Part shown: one piece after another, positions 25,653-32,000 of the stretch | How positions within the stretch are numbered: the stretch's first letter is position 1 | Layout of the letters: each line of letters starts with the position of its first letter | Assembly (NCBI GenBank): GCA_002713205.1 | Contig: PAVW01000018.1 | Location: forward strand, 5,474 to 37,473 | Length of the DNA: 32,000 bases | From: Nitrososphaerota archaeon | Lineage (GTDB): Archaea; Thermoproteota; Nitrososphaeria; Nitrososphaerales; UBA57 | Direction: 5' to 3' | Notes under the pieces: model-generated | Seen by the model: only the letters and a program-made list of their open reading frames with translations | What the model was told of the DNA's origin: nothing | The model's database searches: none | Position numbers and translations under genes: made by a program

Positions 25653-25799
25653 ATGAATAATTGTTCTATTTGCGGTGAATCGTATTTGCCACAAACTGAA
25701 GCACATATTATTGAAAATATGTGTTATAGTTGTTTATTTGATCCTGATAGAGAGGACGATGAATCTACTTGTAATTATGATAATGGTAGTAATGTTTAA
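25653..25799 (+). CDS. Candidate 48-aa zinc-ribbon micro-protein (not in ORF track)
   Basis: My own translation is MNNCSICGESYLPQTEAHIIENMCYSCLFDPDREDDESTCNYDNGSNV, with CxxC-x16-CxxC plus an acidic tail. It fills most of the 225-nt pmbA-thermosome spacer, and an A/T-rich TATA-like stretch lies about 25 nt upstream of the ATG. Confidence 0.4.
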   Translation: MNNCSICGESYLPQTEAHIIENMCYSCLFDPDREDDESTCNYDNGSNV

Positions 25800-25810
25800 T
25801 TACATAATAC

Positions 25811-25818
25811 TTTAAATT
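25811..25818 (+). promoter_or_regulatory. TATA-like box for the thermosome gene
   Basis: TTTAAATT lies about 24-27 nt upstream of the ATG at 25838. That position fits a leaderless or near-leaderless archaeal transcript. The evidence is weak in AT-rich DNA. Confidence 0.3.
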
Positions 25819-25837
25819 ACTAACATACAGTGAGATT

Positions 25838-27526
25838 ATGGCACAGAATGCAAGCGTTGGTATGACACCGAGTGGTCAACCAATTATAATATTAAAAGAA
25901 GGTACTTCTCAGACTAAAGGTCGAGAAGCTCAAAAAAATAACATTATGGCTGCAAAAGTTATTTCAGAAATTGTTCGAAGTTCTTTGGGTCCGCGTGGTA
26001 TGGATAAAATGTTAGTTGATAGTATGGGCGATGTCACTATTACTAATGATGGCGCTACTATTCTTAAAGAAATTGATGTACAACACCCTGCTGCTAAAAT
26101 GATGGTTGAGCTATCTAAAACTGCTGATACTGAAGTTGGTGATGGTACTACTTCCGTAGTGATTTTAGCTGGTTCTCTTATTGAAAAAGCTGAAGAATTG
26201 ATTGAAAAAGAAGTTCATCCTACTATTGTTGTTGATGGTTATAAAAAAGCCGCAGCTCAAGCAATGAAAATTCTTGAAAATATATCTATAAAAATTTCTC
26301 CAGGAGATAAAGTTTGGTTAAATAAAGTTGCAAAAACAAGTATGGCGTCTAAATTAATTTGGCGAGAGTCTGATTTACTTTCTAGTATTGTTACTGATGC
26401 TGTTTTGGCCGTAGCTGATAAGGATAATGGAAAATATAAAGTTGATATTGATGATATTAAAGTTGAAAAGAAAGCAGGAGAATCATTGAAGGATACTAAA
26501 TTGATTCAAGGTATAGTTTTAGATAAAGAAGTTGTTCATGCAGGAATGCCTAAAAAAATTCAAAAAGCAAAAATAGCTCTTGTTGCTTCTGCTCTTGAAA
26601 TTGAAAAAACTGAATTTGATGCAAAAATTAATATTAGTAATCCAGACCAGATTAAAGCATTCTTAGATCAAGAAAGCAACATGTTGAAAGACATGGTTGA
26701 CAAAATTGAATCTACAGGTGCAACTGTTCTTGTTTGTCAAAAAGGAATTGATGATACTGCTCAACATTATTTAGCAAAAGCTGGAATTCTATCTGTACGT
26801 AGAGTTAAGCAGAGTGATATGGAAAAACTTGGAAGAGCAACAGGTGCTAATATAGTTTCTACGCTTGATGATTTATCCAAAACTGATTTAGGATTTTCTC
26901 TTGTGGTAGAAGAACGTAAAATTGAAGAAGATAAATGGGTGTTTGTTGAAGGTTGTAAAAATCCAAAATCAGTAACAATTTTAATTCGAGGTGGAACACA
27001 ACGTGTAGTTGATGAAGCAGATAGATCTATACATGATTCTTTAATGGTTGTTAAAGATGTTCTTGTAAAACCATCTGTTGTTGTTGGAGGTGGAGCTCCA
27101 GAAGCTGAACTTTCTATGCAATTAAAAAATTATGCAAATAAATTAGGTGGTCGAGAACAATTAGCTGTTCAAAAGTTTGCTGAAGCATTGGAAATTATAC
27201 CATTGACATTAGCTGAAAATGCAGGTCTTGATCCTATTGATACTCAAGTTCAAATTGGTGCAGCTCATGGTCAAGGACATAAATGGTTTGGTGTTAATGT
27301 CCATCAAGGTAAAGTTGCTGATTGCGCTAAACTTGGAATTTATGAACCAACAATAGTTAAAGAACAAATCATTAAAGCTGCAACTGAAACTGCCGGAATG
27401 ATATTAAGAATAGATGATGTTGTAGCAGCTGCTAAATCCGCAGGTCCTCCACCAGGTGAAGGTGGAATGCCTCCTGGTATGGGTGGCGGTATGGGAGGAA
27501 TGCCTCCTGGTATGATGGGTATGTAA
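25838..27526 (+). CDS. ths: Thermosome subunit (group II chaperonin)
   Basis: 562 aa with LGPRGMDKML, ITNDGATILKEIDVQHPAAKM, VGDGTTS and GGGAPE, plus a Gly/Met/Pro-rich C-terminal tail (GGMPPGMGGGMGGMPPGMMGM). Confidence 0.95.
   Translation: MAQNASVGMTPSGQPIIILKEGTSQTKGREAQKNNIMAAKVISEIVRSSLGPRGMDKMLVDSMGDVTITNDGATILKEIDVQHPAAKMMVELSKTADTEVGDGTTSVVILAGSLIEKAEELIEKEVHPTIVVDGYKKAAAQAMKILENISIKISPGDKVWLNKVAKTSMASKLIWRESDLLSSIVTDAVLAVADKDNGKYKVDIDDIKVEKKAGESLKDTKLIQGIVLDKEVVHAGMPKKIQKAKIALVASALEIEKTEFDAKINISNPDQIKAFLDQESNMLKDMVDKIESTGATVLVCQKGIDDTAQHYLAKAGILSVRRVKQSDMEKLGRATGANIVSTLDDLSKTDLGFSLVVEERKIEEDKWVFVEGCKNPKSVTILIRGGTQRVVDEADRSIHDSLMVVKDVLVKPSVVVGGGAPEAELSMQLKNYANKLGGREQLAVQKFAEALEIIPLTLAENAGLDPIDTQVQIGAAHGQGHKWFGVNVHQGKVADCAKLGIYEPTIVKEQIIKAATETAGMILRIDDVVAAAKSAGPPPGEGGMPPGMGGGMGGMPPGMMGM
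27464..27514 (+). repeat. 18-nt perfect in-frame direct repeat inside the thermosome tail
   Basis: GGAATGCCTCCTGGTATG occurs at 27464-27481 and again at 27497-27514, 33 nt apart. Each copy encodes GMPPGM within the GGM-type tail. Confidence 0.7.
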
Positions 27527-27528
27527 TA

Positions 27529-27534
27529 TTTTTT
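27529..27534 (+). terminator. Oligo-T tract after the thermosome stop
   Basis: TTTTTT begins 3 nt after the TAA at 27524-27526, which fits archaeal oligo-T termination. Confidence 0.35.
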
Positions 27535-27543
27535 ATAAATTAT

Positions 27544-28062
27544 TTATTCAAGAATTAAAGGAATTAAATTTAGTGATATATCTCCTAAATATACTATGAT
27601 TATGCTTCGTATAAGCGCTCCAATAAATGCTAATATAATAAATATGGTAATATTCATCTTTGTAAGACCTGCAGCATAAGATACTGCGTCACTTGAAAGA
27701 AATGGCGCTGCTCTTCCAAACACTACTACATAATATCCCCATTTCTCAAACCAGTTTTCTAATTTATTTATTCTTTTTTCTCCAATAAATTTTATTGCTA
27801 CTGGTTTACCGCCTTTTCTTGTAATTAAAAATGCGAAAACTCCTCCAATTGTTGACCCTAATGCAGAAATTGTAATAATTGTAACTGAATCCATTTTGAG
27901 TATTACTGCTGCTAAAATAACTGCATCTGAAGGTAATGCTATTGGTATTAATGATTGTACAATCATTATTATTAATAGTCCTAATGTACCATAATTTTCT
28001 ACAATGTTATTTAGATTTAAAATTATTTTTTCAATAATTTGAACAATTAATATTAATTCCAT
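27544..28062 (-). CDS. DedA / TVP38-TMEM64 (VTT-domain) membrane protein
   Basis: 172-aa multi-TM protein. LPSDAVILAAV and FGRAAPFLSSDAVSYAAGLTKMNITIF match the VTT/SNARE-associated domain pattern. Confidence 0.65.
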   Translation of the reverse strand: MELILIVQIIEKIILNLNNIVENYGTLGLLIIMIVQSLIPIALPSDAVILAAVILKMDSVTIITISALGSTIGGVFAFLITRKGGKPVAIKFIGEKRINKLENWFEKWGYYVVVFGRAAPFLSSDAVSYAAGLTKMNITIFIILAFIGALIRSIIIVYLGDISLNLIPLILE

Positions 28063-28149
28063 GTCTAATTTGCCAATTAAGTTTGTTTATTAAAACATTT
28101 TTGATAATTTTGAATTATTGTTATATGTTAATTGTACATTATTTAATTT

Positions 28150-28656
28150 ATGCTTGCTATAGCCGGTTCTAATTTTAGTCGACAAAAAGGACGATTTAGC
28201 GTGGTTAAAAAAATGATTGAATTGGGTCTTTCTATTACTCCTAGTGGTAAATTAATGATAAAAGATGTTAAAATACAAGATTCCTCATTGGCTAATGCTG
28301 TTGGTGTTGACAGACGCGTAGTTCGTGACACTGTAATACAATTGCTTGAAGATCCAGTCCTGCAAAATATTTTTTGTAATACAAAGCCTGTTGGTACTAG
28401 TTTAGTTGAAATAGCTACTTTATTGGGTTATAGTGTTTTATTGATTTCTGGTAATTCATTAGAACCAGGAGTTATTTCTGAAGTTACTGGTGCATTAGCT
28501 ACTAAGGGAATTGTAATTCGGCAAGCCTTAGCTGATGATCCTGATACTGTAATTGAACCAAAATTAACATTAGTTATAGAGGGAAAACTCCCTGATGAAA
28601 TTATTGCTAAAATACGAAATTTAAAATGCGTTCGAGGTTTAACGCTTCTTAATTAG
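28150..28656 (+). CDS. Predicted ACT-domain regulator (archaeal COG2150-like)
   Basis: 168 aa. The N-terminal part carries the VGVDRRVVRDT element I associate with this archaeal family. The C-terminal ACT-like segment is PGVISEVTGALATKGIVIRQALADDPD…LTLVIEGKLP. Confidence 0.55.
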   Translation: MLAIAGSNFSRQKGRFSVVKKMIELGLSITPSGKLMIKDVKIQDSSLANAVGVDRRVVRDTVIQLLEDPVLQNIFCNTKPVGTSLVEIATLLGYSVLLISGNSLEPGVISEVTGALATKGIVIRQALADDPDTVIEPKLTLVIEGKLPDEIIAKIRNLKCVRGLTLLN

Positions 28657-28661
28657 TTCAC

Positions 28662-28827
28662 ATGATTACTTTTACTGACTATACAGATATTACGTTTTGT
28701 CCTCAATGTGGTAAAAAAATTCAAAACACTTACTGTCAAATATTTAGATGAATACATTTTACAATGTAATGATATTGATGAAGAACATCGTGGTGAAATT
28801 GATAATAGTTCTATTGAAAATATTTGA
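28662..28827 (+). pseudogene. Candidate small CPQCG zinc-knuckle ORF interrupted at an A7 homopolymer
   Basis: Frame A (28662-28751) reads MITFTDYTDITFCPQCGKKIQNTYCQIFR*. After the A7 run (28713-28719) the +1 frame stays open to 28827 and reads FKTLTVKYLDEYILQCNDIDEEHRGEIDNSSIENI*. With A6 the ORF would be a continuous 54 codons (…CPQCGKKFKTL…). Confidence 0.25.
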
Positions 28828-28830
28828 TAA

Positions 28831-31137
<2,307 letters not shown>

Positions 31138-31335
31138 TTTCTATCTTACTCGTTTATTCGGTTATTTATAGAATATATAAATTTGTTACGCCTTTAATAC
31201 TATTCAAGTTACTCACCTTTAGTGAGTGAGTATTACATATAAATTTATGGCATCATGAAAACCATTTTAATTATAATATAAACTTATTTTAGGCTGTTTT
31301 TTCTAAATACAACTGTTTTTACTGGAAGATTATAT

Positions 31336-32000
31336 ATGGAACACAGAATTGCAGCTTTAGATAAGGATAATTGTTTTTCTAAGAAATGCCATACTGAATG
31401 TATAACATTTTGTCCCGTTAACAAGGATGGCAGTGAATGTATAATATTAGGTTCTGATAACAAAGCAGTAATTAGTGAACCATTATGTACAGGCTGTGGA
31501 ATTTGCGTTAACAAATGCCCATTTGAAGCAATAACTATTGTTAACATGGCACATGAACTCGGTTTTGATAAGATACATCAATATGACATAAACAGTTTTC
31601 GATTATATCGCCTTCCTACACCTATTCCAGGTAAAATAATTGGATTAGTTGGAAAAAATGGTGTGGGTAAAACTACTGCTTTGAATATTCTCTCTGGGAA
31701 TTTAAAACCGAATCTTGGTAATTATGAAAATTCTTCTTCTTGGAATGATATTTTTGATCATTTTCATGGCAATGAATTAAAGAAATATTTCCAAAAACTT
31801 AGTGAAAATAAACTTAATGTCTCAATTAAACCCCAAGCAGTGTATAAACTGAAAGATTATTGGAGAAAGAGTGGTTTAGAATTATTAGAAAAAGTTTCTG
31901 ATCTAGATAATATTGAAACTTTGATAAATGATCTTAATTTAGATAAATGCGTTACTAAACCAGTTTCTGAATTAAGTGGAGGTGAATTACAACGACTTTC
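31336..32000 (+). CDS. abcE1: ABCE1 / RNase L inhibitor (ribosome-recycling ABC ATPase), 5' partial
   Basis: Own translation from ATG 31336: MEHRIAALDKDNCFSKKCHTECITFCPVN…CTGCGICVNKCPFEAI (two 4Fe-4S ferredoxin-type motifs). These are followed by Walker A GLVGKNGVGKTT and the ABC signature LSGGELQR. The ORF runs off the window end, so it is absent from the ORF track. Confidence 0.9.
   Translation, partial: MEHRIAALDKDNCFSKKCHTECITFCPVNKDGSECIILGSDNKAVISEPLCTGCGICVNKCPFEAITIVNMAHELGFDKIHQYDINSFRLYRLPTPIPGKIIGLVGKNGVGKTTALNILSGNLKPNLGNYENSSSWNDIFDHFHGNELKKYFQKLSENKLNVSIKPQAVYKLKDYWRKSGLELLEKVSDLDNIETLINDLNLDKCVTKPVSELSGGELQRL

Overview
Visibly AT-rich, densely packed archaeal chromosomal segment with about 35 genes, short spacers and many overlapping stop/start junctions. 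Most of it is recognisable housekeeping. This includes agmatinase plus deoxyhypusine synthase, family-B DNA polymerase, archaeal-type TyrRS and GlyRS, and an MscS-type channel. It also includes a DegT aminotransferase plus Dpm1-like GT2, RpoP, and the archaeal HMG-CoA synthase / thiolase / DUF35 trio. Further genes are an EVE-domain protein, a DUF92 membrane protein, a PIN-ATPase-KH protein, TldD/PmbA, a thermosome subunit, DedA, an ACT-domain regulator, Cdc48 and the 5' part of ABCE1. Gene content fits a low-GC mesophilic archaeon. A Nitrososphaerota/Thaumarchaeota-like origin is my guess and cannot be verified here. I found no rRNA, tRNA, CRISPR array, IS element or integrase. The part that is not ordinary is about 15.5-20.9 kb. 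There a minus-strand nurA-like / small coiled-coil ORF / herA-like operon, followed by an XRE-type regulator, sits back-to-back with a plus-strand operon. That operon holds three tandem, highly diverged paralogs of a small protein (short N-terminal beta-beta-alpha-like module plus C-terminal winged helix) that I cannot assign to a family, followed by a small membrane protein. The 74-bp divergent spacer carries two copies of an ATGTTG-N2-CAACAT palindrome around a TATA-like box. I regard this as the best candidate for an undescribed HerA/NurA-associated system. Secondary items are a GC-rich hairpin in an unusually long convergent spacer, two small zinc-ribbon ORFs missing from the ORF track (one apparently broken at an A7 run), and recurrent TTG start codons.
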